Positions 1-9,736 of a stretch of 64,000 nt of DNA are shown piece by piece (position 1 is the stretch's first letter; every line of letters begins with the position of its first letter). The notes beneath the pieces are model-generated. The model had not been told where the DNA came from. It made no database searches and saw only the letters and a program-made list of their open reading frames with translations. Position numbers and translations under genes: made by a program. The DNA comes from Clostridia bacterium (lineage in GTDB: Bacteria; Bacillota; Clostridia; JAAYHZ01), in the NCBI GenBank assembly GCA_050950825.1, contig JBMNIH010000010.1:1-64000 (forward strand), given 5' to 3'.

Positions 1-117
1 GGAGGCAAAGCATTAACTGTTTTTAATATTACTGCCATGATAGGTGTAGGTAATAAGTATAGGAAACAGGTTGTGGAGGAGATTAAGAGAGTGTTAGGGG
101 AGTTGGGTGAAAGGTGA
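1..117 (+). CDS. 3' end of an unidentified CDS running in from outside the window
   Basis: Frame 1 is open from base 1 (GGKALTVFNITAMIGVGNKYRKQVVEEIKRVLGELGER) to TGA at 115-117; purine-rich, coding-like composition. Confidence 0.4.
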   Translation, partial: GGKALTVFNITAMIGVGNKYRKQVVEEIKRVLGELGER

Positions 118-236
118 AAATGCGTAAGAAAGCAGATGCTTTTATAGGTTGCATGAGGTAAAATTTAGATGTATGTTATACATTAGTAGTATAGTATTAG
201 GTAAGTAGTTTTTATATGCGGCAAAGGAGTGCGGGA

Positions 237-413
237 ATGAAAAAAGATGCATCAGCAATTGGATTTATAGGGATACCTGATGAAGAAAGCATTAAAATGC
301 TGGAAAAAGAGTTAAGGAAGCCTATAAAGAAGATTGAGAAAAAAGGAAAGATTATTTTGTTGATTGGCAAAGGATTGTTTAAAAAGAAAATTATAATTCC
401 TATCGAAAAATAG
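237..413 (+). CDS. small basic hypothetical protein (58 aa)
   Basis: AAGGAG SD upstream of ATG 237; Lys-rich ORF; no recognisable family. Confidence 0.4.
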   Translation: MKKDASAIGFIGIPDEESIKMLEKELRKPIKKIEKKGKIILLIGKGLFKKKIIIPIEK

Positions 414-445
414 ATGTACTTGAAACTGGTTTACATTGTTTTTAT

Positions 446-473
446 AAGTCGCATTAGTAGAATTATGTGAAGT
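446..473 (+). other. dif/Xer-like recombination site (C arm | D arm)
   Basis: AAGTCGCATTA-GTAGAA-TTATGTGAAGT has the 11-6-11 layout and resembles E. coli dif GGTGCGCATAA-TGTATA-TTATGTTAAAT. Confidence 0.55.
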
Positions 474-507
474 AAAGTTTTTTATATTTGACGAAAGGAT
501 GTGCGCC

Positions 508-1029
508 ATGAAAAATACAATAAAATATATCGGGGCTTTTATAGTTGTGATACTTATAGCAGTTTGCTTTTTATATTTTAATAACAATATAGGGATAAGC
601 AAGTCAAACATCGAGAAAGATGCTCGTTATTCCCATAAGATTAAGGATACTTGGGATGTGGCTAAAGATACTACAGAATCTATGTCTGCGATGATTTTCT
701 ATTCCGAAGACTTTGCAGACCATACATTTTCAATTTATGTCAATCGCCCAGGCCTTTCATTCGGATATTTTTTTAGAGGTGGTGGTTCAGTTACTGAAAC
801 AGAAAAATACATAGCAGAAATCTATATAGAAGGATTCAATGAGCGTGCATTTGTTTCAATGAATAAGCAACAAGTGAGTAAAGTGGAAATTGACGATGGT
901 AATGAAGTTCAAACGATTAAGATTGATAGTGAAAAACCTTTTGCATTGATTTTGCCTGCCAACGCTGGAAATGTGACTATTTACGACATAAACGGTAATA
1001 TCGTTGAGAGTGTTCAGCACAAAATATGA
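508..1029 (+). CDS. membrane-anchored/exported hypothetical protein
   Basis: AAAGGA SD, ATG 508 (ORF track starts at 499); basic N-terminus, one hydrophobic helix, then a soluble domain; AT-rich codon usage unlike the core genes. Confidence 0.8.
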   Translation: MKNTIKYIGAFIVVILIAVCFLYFNNNIGISKSNIEKDARYSHKIKDTWDVAKDTTESMSAMIFYSEDFADHTFSIYVNRPGLSFGYFFRGGGSVTETEKYIAEIYIEGFNERAFVSMNKQQVSKVEIDDGNEVQTIKIDSEKPFALILPANAGNVTIYDINGNIVESVQHKI

Positions 1030-1048
1030 ATATTATATTACGGGGCAT

Positions 1049-1076
1049 ATGTCACATCATTAATAAAATGCGATAT
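1049..1076 (-). other. degenerate dif/Xer-like site, inverted relative to 446-473
   Basis: Minus strand reads ATATCGCATTT-TATTAA-TGATGTGACAT; the outer flank TTTAAATTGTTT also matches TTTACATTGTTT (430-441). Confidence 0.4.
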
Positions 1077-1186
1077 AAACAATTTAAATTATACTCCAAA
1101 CAAATCCATGCTAAACACCTACTTTTCCCGAAAGACATTATTTACATTTTGGAACGACTTAGCATAAATTCATTAAAAAACTTGTC

Positions 1187-1523
1187 CCTTACCCCTTAAA
1201 TCCTTAGTCCTATCTATGTGAATATAAAACAAACTCTTTCCATCCCCAACTTCGCAAACCCGCATGGTTGATGGGTGGGTAAAAATGGATGAAAATAAAG
1301 ATGTTCCTTAAAATAGATGGTTGGATAGGATTAAATGGGAAAAATGGAAAGCATAACAGGAAATAAAGTCGTTCTATTTTGAGTGAGAGGAATAAGGGGA
1401 AAGGGAAATGGACAGTAAGATAAAATCCTTCGTAATCCGCATGATAAGTGGATTATGAAGGATTGATTTATTTTATTGGATAATATCCTTACCCCTTAAA
1501 CCTATCCCCTTAAGCCTATTCCC
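1187..1523. repeat. repeat- and palindrome-rich island boundary
   Basis: CCTTACCCCTTAAA at 1187-1200 and 1487-1500, variants at 1501-1523, an inverted variant at 1393-1404, and a 17-bp imperfect inverted repeat at 1424-1440/1448-1464. Confidence 0.6.
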
Positions 1524-1554
1524 ACGGAACAAGTTTATTTTCAGCGGAATGACT

Positions 1555-2103
1555 TTATTTGCAATGGAAAGAGTTTATTTGATGTTTACAACAGACCGAT
1601 ACGGGAACGGCTTGTACGGAGAAATCCTTCGCCATTAAAGCTCTGATATACCCCCTGTCGGTACTCGTGTTTTCGATACGAAATCCGCGATCATAATAAA
1701 ACCGAACCAAGTCTTTATTGCTGACGGCGGTATGAAGATATACCTTTTTAACGTCGGAGGCTTTTAAGAAATCCTCCGCCGCATCCAAAAGCTTACCTCC
1801 TATTCCGAAGCGGTGAAAAATGGGCAGCACTCCGAAACGGGTCAAATAAGCCGACCGGTCCTGCAGTATTTCAAGGCGAAGCGTTCCCGCAATGATTCCG
1901 TCGTTTAAAACCGCAACCAAAACATGCTTGTTAAAAATATCTTTTTCAATATCTTCAACGGTTTCCTTCAGCGCTTCCACCGTATAGTCCAAACCGGACT
2001 TTTCACAATATTTTATAAACGATTCCTGTATAACGGTATGGATACCCGAGGCATCCTCCGGTACCGCTTTTCGAATAAATATTTGATTCATTTCCAATCC
2101 CAT
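1555..2103 (-). CDS. GNAT family N-acetyltransferase (last gene of the arg operon)
   Basis: V..(FH)RFGIGGKLL acetyl-CoA motif A and N..LVRFY..RGF motif B; 9 bp downstream of argF. Confidence 0.85.
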   Translation of the reverse strand: MGLEMNQIFIRKAVPEDASGIHTVIQESFIKYCEKSGLDYTVEALKETVEDIEKDIFNKHVLVAVLNDGIIAGTLRLEILQDRSAYLTRFGVLPIFHRFGIGGKLLDAAEDFLKASDVKKVYLHTAVSNKDLVRFYYDRGFRIENTSTDRGYIRALMAKDFSVQAVPVSVCCKHQINSFHCK

Positions 2104-2112
2104 AAGCTCCGA

Positions 2113-3039
2113 TTACTTATTATCCTTCATCAACATAACCATAATGGCCTTTTGCACATGCAGACGGTTTTCCGCTTGGTCGAAAATTTTTGACATCGGA
2201 CCGTCGATAATATCCTCCGTCACTTCATAACCTCGGTAAGCCGGCAGACAATGCAAAAACATGGCGTCTTTCGCCGCATGAGCCCATAATTCCTTGTTCA
2301 CTTGATAATCCTTAAATGCTTTTATCCTTGTTTCTTTTTCTTGCTCCTGCCCCATGCTTACCCAAGTATCGGTGTAAATCACATCGGCATTTTCCACCGC
2401 CTTGACCGGATCGTTGATAAGCTCGATTACCGCTCCGGATTCCTTTGCATTTTGCAAAGCGTTGTTAATTACCGCAGGGTCGCATTCATACCCCTTCGGC
2501 GTCGCTATGGACAGCGCCATACCGATTTTGGAGCAGCCGTGCAAAAGGGAATTGGCGATATTGTTTCCGTCTCCCACGTATGCCAGCTTCAAGCTTTTCA
2601 AATCTCCCTTGTATTCCTTTACGGTGAACAAGTCCGCCAAGATTTGGCAAGGATGCAGAAGGTCCGTTAATCCGTTGATAACGGGTATGGTACCGTATTT
2701 CGCCAATTGCTCTACGTCCGATTGCTTGAAGGTCCGGATCATGATTCCGTCTATGTATCGAGACAAGACCTTGGCGGTATCATAGAAGGATTCTCCTCTG
2801 CTGACCTGAATATCGTTGGCGCTTAAAAACAAGGGGTACCCTCCCAACTGGTACATTCCGGTTTCGAAGGAGACACGGGTTCGGGTGGAGGATTTGGTGA
2901 AAATCATCCCCAATGTTTTGCCCTTCAACAAATGATGCTCGATACCTTCCTTGACATATCTTTTTAATTTTTCCGACCATTCAAACACCCGGTTAATTTC
3001 GTCTATGGTCATATCGTTTATGCTTAACAAATGCTTCAT
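2113..3039 (-). CDS. argF: ornithine carbamoyltransferase
   Basis: STRT, HPCQ, DTWVSMG and HCLP motifs. Confidence 0.97.
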   Translation of the reverse strand: MKHLLSINDMTIDEINRVFEWSEKLKRYVKEGIEHHLLKGKTLGMIFTKSSTRTRVSFETGMYQLGGYPLFLSANDIQVSRGESFYDTAKVLSRYIDGIMIRTFKQSDVEQLAKYGTIPVINGLTDLLHPCQILADLFTVKEYKGDLKSLKLAYVGDGNNIANSLLHGCSKIGMALSIATPKGYECDPAVINNALQNAKESGAVIELINDPVKAVENADVIYTDTWVSMGQEQEKETRIKAFKDYQVNKELWAHAAKDAMFLHCLPAYRGYEVTEDIIDGPMSKIFDQAENRLHVQKAIMVMLMKDNK

Positions 3040-4259
3040 TGTTTCATTCCTCCCGTTAACGCCTGCTCAAATTCCGCAAAGAAGGGATCCGTATCCTCCT
3101 TCTTAATAATCAACGGCGGAGTAAGGCGGATCACACGGCTTCCGACCGTACCTACCAAAAAGCCTTTTTCAAGTAAAGCGTCTTTTACCGCTGCGGCAAT
3201 ATCCGATGTAAACTCGATACCGATCATTAAACCTTTTCCGCGAACCTCTTTTATGAGGTCGGTTTTCGCCGCGATCTCGTTAAGCTTTTCCGTCATATAC
3301 GCTCCCATCGCTTCAACATTTTTAAGCAAGCCGTCTTTTTCAATGGTATTTAAAACCGCTAAAGCCGCCGCACAAGCCAAAGGATTCCCTCCGAAGGTGG
3401 ATCCGTGGTCTCCCGGTTCCATGGCTTTTGCAACGAATTCTTTGGCCAAAAATGCTCCGATGGGAACACCGCCTCCTAATGCTTTTGCCAAAGTAAAGAT
3501 GTCCGGCTCTATGCCAAAGTGTTCGTACCCGAACATTTTTCCGGTTCTCCCTATGCCGCATTGCACCTCGTCGAATATAAGTAAAAGGTCGTATTGATCG
3601 CATAAAAGGCGAACCTTCTTGGCATAATCCGCGTCCACGATGTTAATGCCCCCTTCCCCTTGGATGGGCTCCATCATAACGGCGCAGGTATTTTCATTGA
3701 TCTTTCCTTTTAATGCATCAATATCGTTGGCCGGAACCGATACGAATTTTTCAGGCAGCGGTTTGTACGATTTATGATATTTTTCCTGCCCCGTTGCCGC
3801 TAAAGTGGCCAAGGTCCTTCCGTGGAAGGATTTTTCCAACGTGATAATTTCGTACTTTTCTTTTAATCCTCTTTTTTGAAAATACAAACGAGCCAGCTTA
3901 ATGGCGCCTTCATTGGCTTCCGCACCGCTGTTGGAAAAGAAAACCTTATCGCAACAGGACAGAGAAACCAGTTTTTGGGCTAATTCCGCTTGCTTTTCAA
4001 TGTAATACAGGCTGGAGCAGTGGATTAGCTTTTCCGCTTGGGATTTAATCGCCTCTACCAAAGCGTGATGATTATGCCCTAAACAGTTAACGGCAATACC
4101 CGCCAAAAGATCGCAGTATTTTTTCCCCTTGGTATCGTACAGGTACACTCCTTCGCCTTTTTCAAAGCATACCGGAGTGCGATTCCCGAATGTATTCATA
4201 TAATATTTTTTATCAAGATCTATAATTTTTTGAAGCTTCGCATCGTCTTGAACCGTCAT
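3036..4259 (-). CDS. argD: acetylornithine aminotransferase
   Basis: Class III PLP motifs SGAEANE, FHGRT, DEVQCG, LAKALGGG, HGSTFGGNP; arg operon context. Confidence 0.95.
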   Translation of the reverse strand: MTVQDDAKLQKIIDLDKKYYMNTFGNRTPVCFEKGEGVYLYDTKGKKYCDLLAGIAVNCLGHNHHALVEAIKSQAEKLIHCSSLYYIEKQAELAQKLVSLSCCDKVFFSNSGAEANEGAIKLARLYFQKRGLKEKYEIITLEKSFHGRTLATLAATGQEKYHKSYKPLPEKFVSVPANDIDALKGKINENTCAVMMEPIQGEGGINIVDADYAKKVRLLCDQYDLLLIFDEVQCGIGRTGKMFGYEHFGIEPDIFTLAKALGGGVPIGAFLAKEFVAKAMEPGDHGSTFGGNPLACAAALAVLNTIEKDGLLKNVEAMGAYMTEKLNEIAAKTDLIKEVRGKGLMIGIEFTSDIAAAVKDALLEKGFLVGTVGSRVIRLTPPLIIKKEDTDPFFAEFEQALTGGMKQ

Positions 4260-4285
4260 AGATTTTCATCCCTTTCCGTTTTTAA

Positions 4286-5209
4286 CTATCCCTCCATGTA
4301 TACCTTCTCGTTTTTATGGTATAACATCTTATCCTTAAAAATCATGGTACCGATTCCCCTGCTGGTAAAGATCTCTAGCAATATACTGTGGGGAATTCTG
4401 CCGTCGATAATGTGGGTTCGGTTTACACCGCTTTCCGCCGCACGAATGCATCCTAAAACCTTCGGAATCATTCCGCCGGATACGACACCGGACTTCATTA
4501 ATTCCTTCGCCTCGTCGACGGATAGATAAGGAATGACTTCATCGCTGTCAACCGACTCTTTAATCCCCGGAACGTCCGTCAGTAAAATCAGCTTTTCCGC
4601 CTTCAGACGAGCGGCCAACTCTCCGGCAACGGTGTCGGCATTAATATTGTAGCTGTGCCCGTCGGCACCTACCCCGATGGGAGCTACCACCGGTATATAC
4701 CCGTCTTTAGCTAATGTATCCAGAACCTTTGCGTTGATGTTTGTAATCTTTCCGACATATCCTAAATCCACCCATTCGCCGTCGGATTCCATTTTTTCCT
4801 GTTCGCATTCGATAAGCTTCGCGTCGATACCGCATAACCCCACCGCTTTTCCGCCGGTTTGGTTGATTAAGGATACGATTTCCTTGTTCACGGTTCCTAC
4901 CAAAACCGATTGGACCACTTCCATGGTGGCTTGGTCGGTGACTCGAAGTCCGTTTACAAACTTCGTGGGAATATTCATAATCTTCAACGTTTTATTGATC
5001 TCCGGTCCGCCCCCGTGAACAATAATGGGATTGGTTCCGATAAATTTCAACAGCGTAATATCCTCCATTACCGAGCTTTTCAAGCTGTCATCCAGCATAG
5101 CGCTTCCGCCGTATTTAATGACAATGGTTTTTCCGCTCAGTCCTTGGATATACGGGAGAGCTTCGATTAATATTTGTGCCTTTTTAATGTATTTGTCCAT
5201 ATCCATCAT
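4286..5209 (-). CDS. argB: acetylglutamate kinase
   Basis: EALPYI, VIKYGG, VHGGG, NINAD, GGMIPK motifs; start placed at ATG 5209 behind AGGAG. Confidence 0.96.
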   Translation of the reverse strand: MMDMDKYIKKAQILIEALPYIQGLSGKTIVIKYGGSAMLDDSLKSSVMEDITLLKFIGTNPIIVHGGGPEINKTLKIMNIPTKFVNGLRVTDQATMEVVQSVLVGTVNKEIVSLINQTGGKAVGLCGIDAKLIECEQEKMESDGEWVDLGYVGKITNINAKVLDTLAKDGYIPVVAPIGVGADGHSYNINADTVAGELAARLKAEKLILLTDVPGIKESVDSDEVIPYLSVDEAKELMKSGVVSGGMIPKVLGCIRAAESGVNRTHIIDGRIPHSILLEIFTSRGIGTMIFKDKMLYHKNEKVYMEG

Positions 5210-5246
5210 ATCTTTCGCTCCTGTTCGCTTGGTTTTTTTGTTTTGG

Positions 5247-6287
5247 TTATAGATACAACCCCGAAACGCTAAGCCCTGCTTTTTCATCGATTCCGAACAT
5301 TAAATTCAAGTTCTGTATGCCTTGGCCGGACGCTCCCTTTCCGATATTGTCGATAGCGGAAAGGACGATGACCCTTCCCGTTTCCTTATCCGTAGCAATC
5401 CCGATATCGATAAAGTTGGATCCCGCTACGGACTTTGTTTCCGGGTATACGCCTTTGTTCAAAATTCGTACAAAGTATTCGCCCTTGTAATACTCTTTGT
5501 ATAGCTCCAAAAGCTCTTCCGCAGACGCTTCCTTTGTCAAGCTCGCATACCCCGTTACCAGCATTCCTCTTTTCATGGGAACCAGATGAGGCGTAAAGGT
5601 CAATTTAATCGGCTCTCCGTAAAGCTTGGAAAACTGCTCTGCGATTTCCGAGGTATGACGGTGGGAAGCCGGCTTATATGCCAGAAAATTCTCCGTGCAT
5701 TCGCAGAAGGAATAGGACAATTCGCTTTTTCTTCCGGCACCCGATACTCCGGACGCGGCATCGATGATAATGGATTTCGGATCGATTCGTTTTTCACAAA
5801 GCAAAGGCGCAAATCCCAATATGGAGCAAGTGGGATAACATCCGGGGTTCGCTACGACGGGAGCTTCTTTGATTTTTTCCCTGTACAATTCCGGGATGCC
5901 GTAAACCGCTTTTTTATTCCATTCGGGATACTCGTGCTTTATACCGTATACTTTTTCGTATATGTCAATATTGTCGTATCGATAATCGGCACTTAAGTCC
6001 ACGACCTTCAAGCCTTTTTCCGCCAAATCACAGGTCATTTTCATGGAAGCACCGTGAGGAAGAGCCACAATAGCCGCATCCGCAGCTTGGGCTATTTTTT
6101 CAACATCCGGTTCCTCGCAAACGATATCGGTGATTCCTCTCAGGTGGGTATAAACATCGCACAGTTTTTGTCCCTTAAACGTTTGGCTGCCGGCAAAGGT
6201 CAGCTTAAATTCCGGATGATTTAAGACGAGCCTTGCCGCCTCGACTCCTGCATAACCCGTTATTCCGACAATTGCAACTTTTATCAC
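5247..6287 (-). CDS. argC: N-acetyl-gamma-glutamyl-phosphate reductase
   Basis: [33 protein letters not shown] motifs; GTG start at 6287 likely. Confidence 0.96.
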   Translation of the reverse strand: MIKVAIVGITGYAGVEAARLVLNHPEFKLTFAGSQTFKGQKLCDVYTHLRGITDIVCEEPDVEKIAQAADAAIVALPHGASMKMTCDLAEKGLKVVDLSADYRYDNIDIYEKVYGIKHEYPEWNKKAVYGIPELYREKIKEAPVVANPGCYPTCSILGFAPLLCEKRIDPKSIIIDAASGVSGAGRKSELSYSFCECTENFLAYKPASHRHTSEIAEQFSKLYGEPIKLTFTPHLVPMKRGMLVTGYASLTKEASAEELLELYKEYYKGEYFVRILNKGVYPETKSVAGSNFIDIGIATDKETGRVIVLSAIDNIGKGASGQGIQNLNLMFGIDEKAGLSVSGLYL

Positions 6288-6337
6288 ATCAAGCACCTGC
6301 CTTGCCATATATTCCAATTCTATGTTTCATTTTTTGT

Positions 6338-6396
6338 ATTATAACTCCGTCTGCATAAAAATTCAATAGCAATCTTTAAAAATGTATATTTATTCA
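6338..6396 (-). promoter_or_regulatory. sigma-A promoter of the arg operon with two ARG boxes (ArgR/AhrC operators)
   Basis: -35 TTGAAT (6361-66), 17 bp, -10 TATAAT (6338-43); TGCATAAAAATTCA (6352-65) and TGTATATTTATTCA (6383-96) match TGAAT-N4-ATTCA. Confidence 0.8.
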
Positions 6397-6490
6397 CTGT
6401 GTTTTTCTCGTATAAATTTCTGTGTAAATATGGTATAAATATAGGTAGAAGATGTATATATAAAATACCTGTAGTGAATCGGAGGAACCT

Positions 6491-8242
6491 ATGAAGTTAA
6501 ATCACATCGAAGAATACAACAAGTGGCTAAACGACCCTTATATAGACGAAACAACCAAACAAGAGCTTCTGAAAATCAAAGACGATGAAAACGAAATCCT
6601 CGATCGATTCTACCAAGGCCTGCCCTTTGGCACTGCCGGTATGCGAGGTATCATCGGTGCCGGTTTAAACCGAATGAATTCCTATGTCGTGGAAATCACC
6701 ACCCAAGCGTTAGCGGAGGTTTTGATCGAAGAAGGAGAAGAGAACAAAGAAAAAGGGGTGGCCATAGCTTACGACTGCAGGCACTTTTCGAAGGAGTTTG
6801 CATGGCTGAGCGCTTCCATTTTGGCCGGCAACGGCATCCGTACTTACATTTACGACGGGATGAGGCCTACGCCGGAATTGTCCTTTACCGTCAGGCATTT
6901 AAAATGCGCATCCGGAATCATGATCACCGCCAGCCACAATCCGAAAAATTACAACGGATACAAGCTGTATAACAGCGAAGGGTCCCAAATTCTATCGGAT
7001 ACGGCGGAAAAAATCGCCTACAAAAAGGAGCATATGAACGGTTTTGCTTCGGTTAAAAAAATGAACACCGAAACGGCAATAGAAAAAGGATTGATCAAAG
7101 TGTTAGGAGAAGAAACGGACCGTGTGTACATCGATTTGGTCAAAGGCTTGACCTTGATCGATCCCGCGATTCCAAAGGACATCAATATCGTTTACACTCC
7201 CTTAAACGGCACCGGCAGCAAGCTGATGCGGCAAGTACTGGCCGAAAGCGGCTTTACAAACGTATACATCGTTAAAGAACAGCAGGATGAAGATCCCGAC
7301 TTTACGACGGTAGAATACCCGAATCCGGAAGATCCGAAGGCCTTTGATTATGCCCTTCGATACGGCAAAAAACATGATGCGGACCTTTTACTGGCAACGG
7401 ACCCGGATGCGGATCGATTGGCCGTTATGGTAAAAATGAAAAACGGAGAATATCAATTCTTAACGGGAAACCAAACCGCCGCTTTATTAATCAGCTACAT
7501 TCTCGCTTCCCGAAAAGAACGAGGGATACTGCCGGCAAACGGCGCTATGATCAAATCCATCGTTACCGGAGAGTTAGGAGACGAGATTGCAGAAAGCTAC
7601 GGTGTTGCAACCTTTGAAACCTTAACAGGATTCAAAAACATTTTTGCAAAAGCCAACGAATTTGAAAGAACCGGCAAATACGAGTTCTTGCTGGGATACG
7701 AAGAAAGCATCGGTTATAACGCCGGGACCTTTGTAAGGGATAAAGACGCCATATCTTCCGGTATGCTGATTTGCGAAGCCTGCGCTTACTACAAAAGCAA
7801 AGGCTTAACCCTGTACGACGCGTTGGAGGAGCTTCAGAAGCGATTCGGGTATTTCGGGGAAAAATTAATGAACATTGTGTTGGAGGGGTATGAAGGGCAG
7901 CGTATCATCAACGCTACTATGGAAAAATGGAGAACAAGCTACCCTGCCGAAATGAACGGAAGCAAATTGGTTTACAAAGTCGATTACAAAACCGGAATAA
8001 AAGAAACGATTGCAGACGGTAAAACCGAGAAGGTGGACGTGGATTATTCGGACGTGTTGAAGTACAAATTTGACAACGGCTGTTGGTATGCGATCCGGCC
8101 TTCGGGAACGGAACCGAAATTAAAGGTATACCTCTATTCGAAAGGAACGAGCAAACAAAACGCACAAGACAATATTGAAGCTCTTGAAAGAATCATTACC
8201 CAAGAGTTGATAGAGGCCGGTGCCATTCGTAAGGAGCGGTAA
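6491..8242 (+). CDS. pgm: phosphoglucomutase/phosphomannomutase
   Basis: FGTAGMRG, TASHNP, DPDADR, YEES, RPSGTEPK motifs; GGAGG SD. Confidence 0.93.
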   Translation: MKLNHIEEYNKWLNDPYIDETTKQELLKIKDDENEILDRFYQGLPFGTAGMRGIIGAGLNRMNSYVVEITTQALAEVLIEEGEENKEKGVAIAYDCRHFSKEFAWLSASILAGNGIRTYIYDGMRPTPELSFTVRHLKCASGIMITASHNPKNYNGYKLYNSEGSQILSDTAEKIAYKKEHMNGFASVKKMNTETAIEKGLIKVLGEETDRVYIDLVKGLTLIDPAIPKDINIVYTPLNGTGSKLMRQVLAESGFTNVYIVKEQQDEDPDFTTVEYPNPEDPKAFDYALRYGKKHDADLLLATDPDADRLAVMVKMKNGEYQFLTGNQTAALLISYILASRKERGILPANGAMIKSIVTGELGDEIAESYGVATFETLTGFKNIFAKANEFERTGKYEFLLGYEESIGYNAGTFVRDKDAISSGMLICEACAYYKSKGLTLYDALEELQKRFGYFGEKLMNIVLEGYEGQRIINATMEKWRTSYPAEMNGSKLVYKVDYKTGIKETIADGKTEKVDVDYSDVLKYKFDNGCWYAIRPSGTEPKLKVYLYSKGTSKQNAQDNIEALERIITQELIEAGAIRKER

Positions 8243-8803
8243 ATGAGTTATATCAACGTCTTCGTAATTGCCCTGGGGCTCGCAATGGACGCTTTGGCCG
8301 TATCCATAACCGTAGGTTTGAAATCTTGTGATTGCAACAATCGCACGAGTGTCGCCCTCAAAGCCGGAATATGGTTTGGGGGTTTTCAAACGGGTATGAA
8401 TCTTATGGGGTGGTTTTTAAGCAGCTTTTTTACAAGATATATTGAAGCGTATGGACATTGGATCAGCTTTGCGTTGCTGTCCTTAATAGGGCTCAATATG
8501 ATTCGTGATGCCATTAAGAAAGAAGAAAAGGCATGTGAATTCCACAATTGGCAAAAGGTTTTTGTGCTGGCGCTGGCGGTAAGCATCGATTCCATGGCGG
8601 TCGGCATCAGCTTCGCTTCTTTGGGAGATCCGATTTTAATACCTTCCTTGATCATTGGGATGGTATCCTTTTTATTATCGATGCTGGGAGTGCTTTTCGG
8701 CAATCTTGCAACAAGAATTAAGGGGCTGTGCGAAAAAGCGGATTTTCTCGGCGGCTCTCTCCTTATTTCCATGGGAATTAAGATTTTGGTTGAGCATATA
8801 TAA
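8243..8803 (+). CDS. mntP: manganese efflux pump MntP family
   Basis: LAMDALAVS and AVSIDSMAVG repeats; about six TM segments. Confidence 0.88.
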   Translation: MSYINVFVIALGLAMDALAVSITVGLKSCDCNNRTSVALKAGIWFGGFQTGMNLMGWFLSSFFTRYIEAYGHWISFALLSLIGLNMIRDAIKKEEKACEFHNWQKVFVLALAVSIDSMAVGISFASLGDPILIPSLIIGMVSFLLSMLGVLFGNLATRIKGLCEKADFLGGSLLISMGIKILVEHI

Positions 8804-8805
8804 CG

Positions 8806-8843
8806 AAAAAAACGGAACGATTGATATGCGTTCCGTTTTCTTT
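8806..8843. terminator. bidirectional intrinsic terminator
   Basis: AAAACGGAACG...CGTTCCGTTTT between convergent genes. Confidence 0.8.
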
Positions 8844-8860
8844 ATGAATCACGACATGCT

Positions 8861-9718
8861 TTACAAATACAAAATTTGGCTCCAAGCGGTTTTTCCCTCT
8901 TGGTCGTAGCATTCCAGCCTCACATAGGTTTCATTAGGCTTCACGGTATAGATGCCTTGCGTAATGCATTTGCCGTCTTTTCCGCTTTGGACTCGATCCG
9001 GCGCCCACAGAGCGTCGCTTAAAAAAGCCATGGAGGCAACCGGAGAAGTTTGTGCAACGATGATATCTCCTTCTCTTTCAAACCGGTAAATTTCGGGTCC
9101 TTGGCTGCAATAGAAGTTCCCTTCTTTTATGGATTGAAGCAAATCTTGCTTGGATAAAGAGGGACTTTCGACGACAATATATCCTCCGAAATGGTCGGTG
9201 TCGTAAAAATGAGCGTCATCCGTTGCAAGTAAAAGGATTTTCTTTCCCGAGGCTGCGCAAACGTCAATGTACGAACCGGAATGGCCCCTTCTTGAATAGG
9301 CATGAGATATATGATTCCATATTTCGATTCCGATTATGTTTTGAAGATTCAAGCAATCGTCAAATGACATCAAGGACCAGGCAGGATGAGCCAAAAAGGC
9401 GATTCCGCCCCGGTTTACGATGTCTCTTGTCGCTTCGTTAGGCGTTATATTGCGATTAGGAACAAAATCGTCGTCGGGCTCCAAACACACAATATGAAAA
9501 GATTTATTTGGGTTTTTAAAATCGTAATTCAGCTCGCAGCCGTTGAAAACCGTAAATGTCGAGTCGCAATACTCATCCGCGTAGGGAAACAGCTTGTAAT
9601 GATCCGTAATGGCCAAAAAGTCGTATCCCTGCTTTTTGTACAGCTCGATGCAGTCCTTCGGGTCCAATTTTCCGTCCGAGCGTGTCGTATGCACATGTAG
9701 ATTTCCTTTAAATTTCAT
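8861..9718 (-). CDS. PHP-domain metallohydrolase (CehA/McbA-like)
   Basis: GNLHVHTTRSDG, AITDH, AHP, DDAH metal ligands. Confidence 0.85.
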   Translation of the reverse strand: MKFKGNLHVHTTRSDGKLDPKDCIELYKKQGYDFLAITDHYKLFPYADEYCDSTFTVFNGCELNYDFKNPNKSFHIVCLEPDDDFVPNRNITPNEATRDIVNRGGIAFLAHPAWSLMSFDDCLNLQNIIGIEIWNHISHAYSRRGHSGSYIDVCAASGKKILLLATDDAHFYDTDHFGGYIVVESPSLSKQDLLQSIKEGNFYCSQGPEIYRFEREGDIIVAQTSPVASMAFLSDALWAPDRVQSGKDGKCITQGIYTVKPNETYVRLECYDQEGKTAWSQILYL

Positions 9719-9736
9719 CTTACCACCTTATATTTT

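Noticed and set aside
1120-1147. Possible third dif-like site ACTTTTCCCGA-AAGACA-TTATTTACATT
   Set aside because: Too degenerate to distinguish from AT-rich background.
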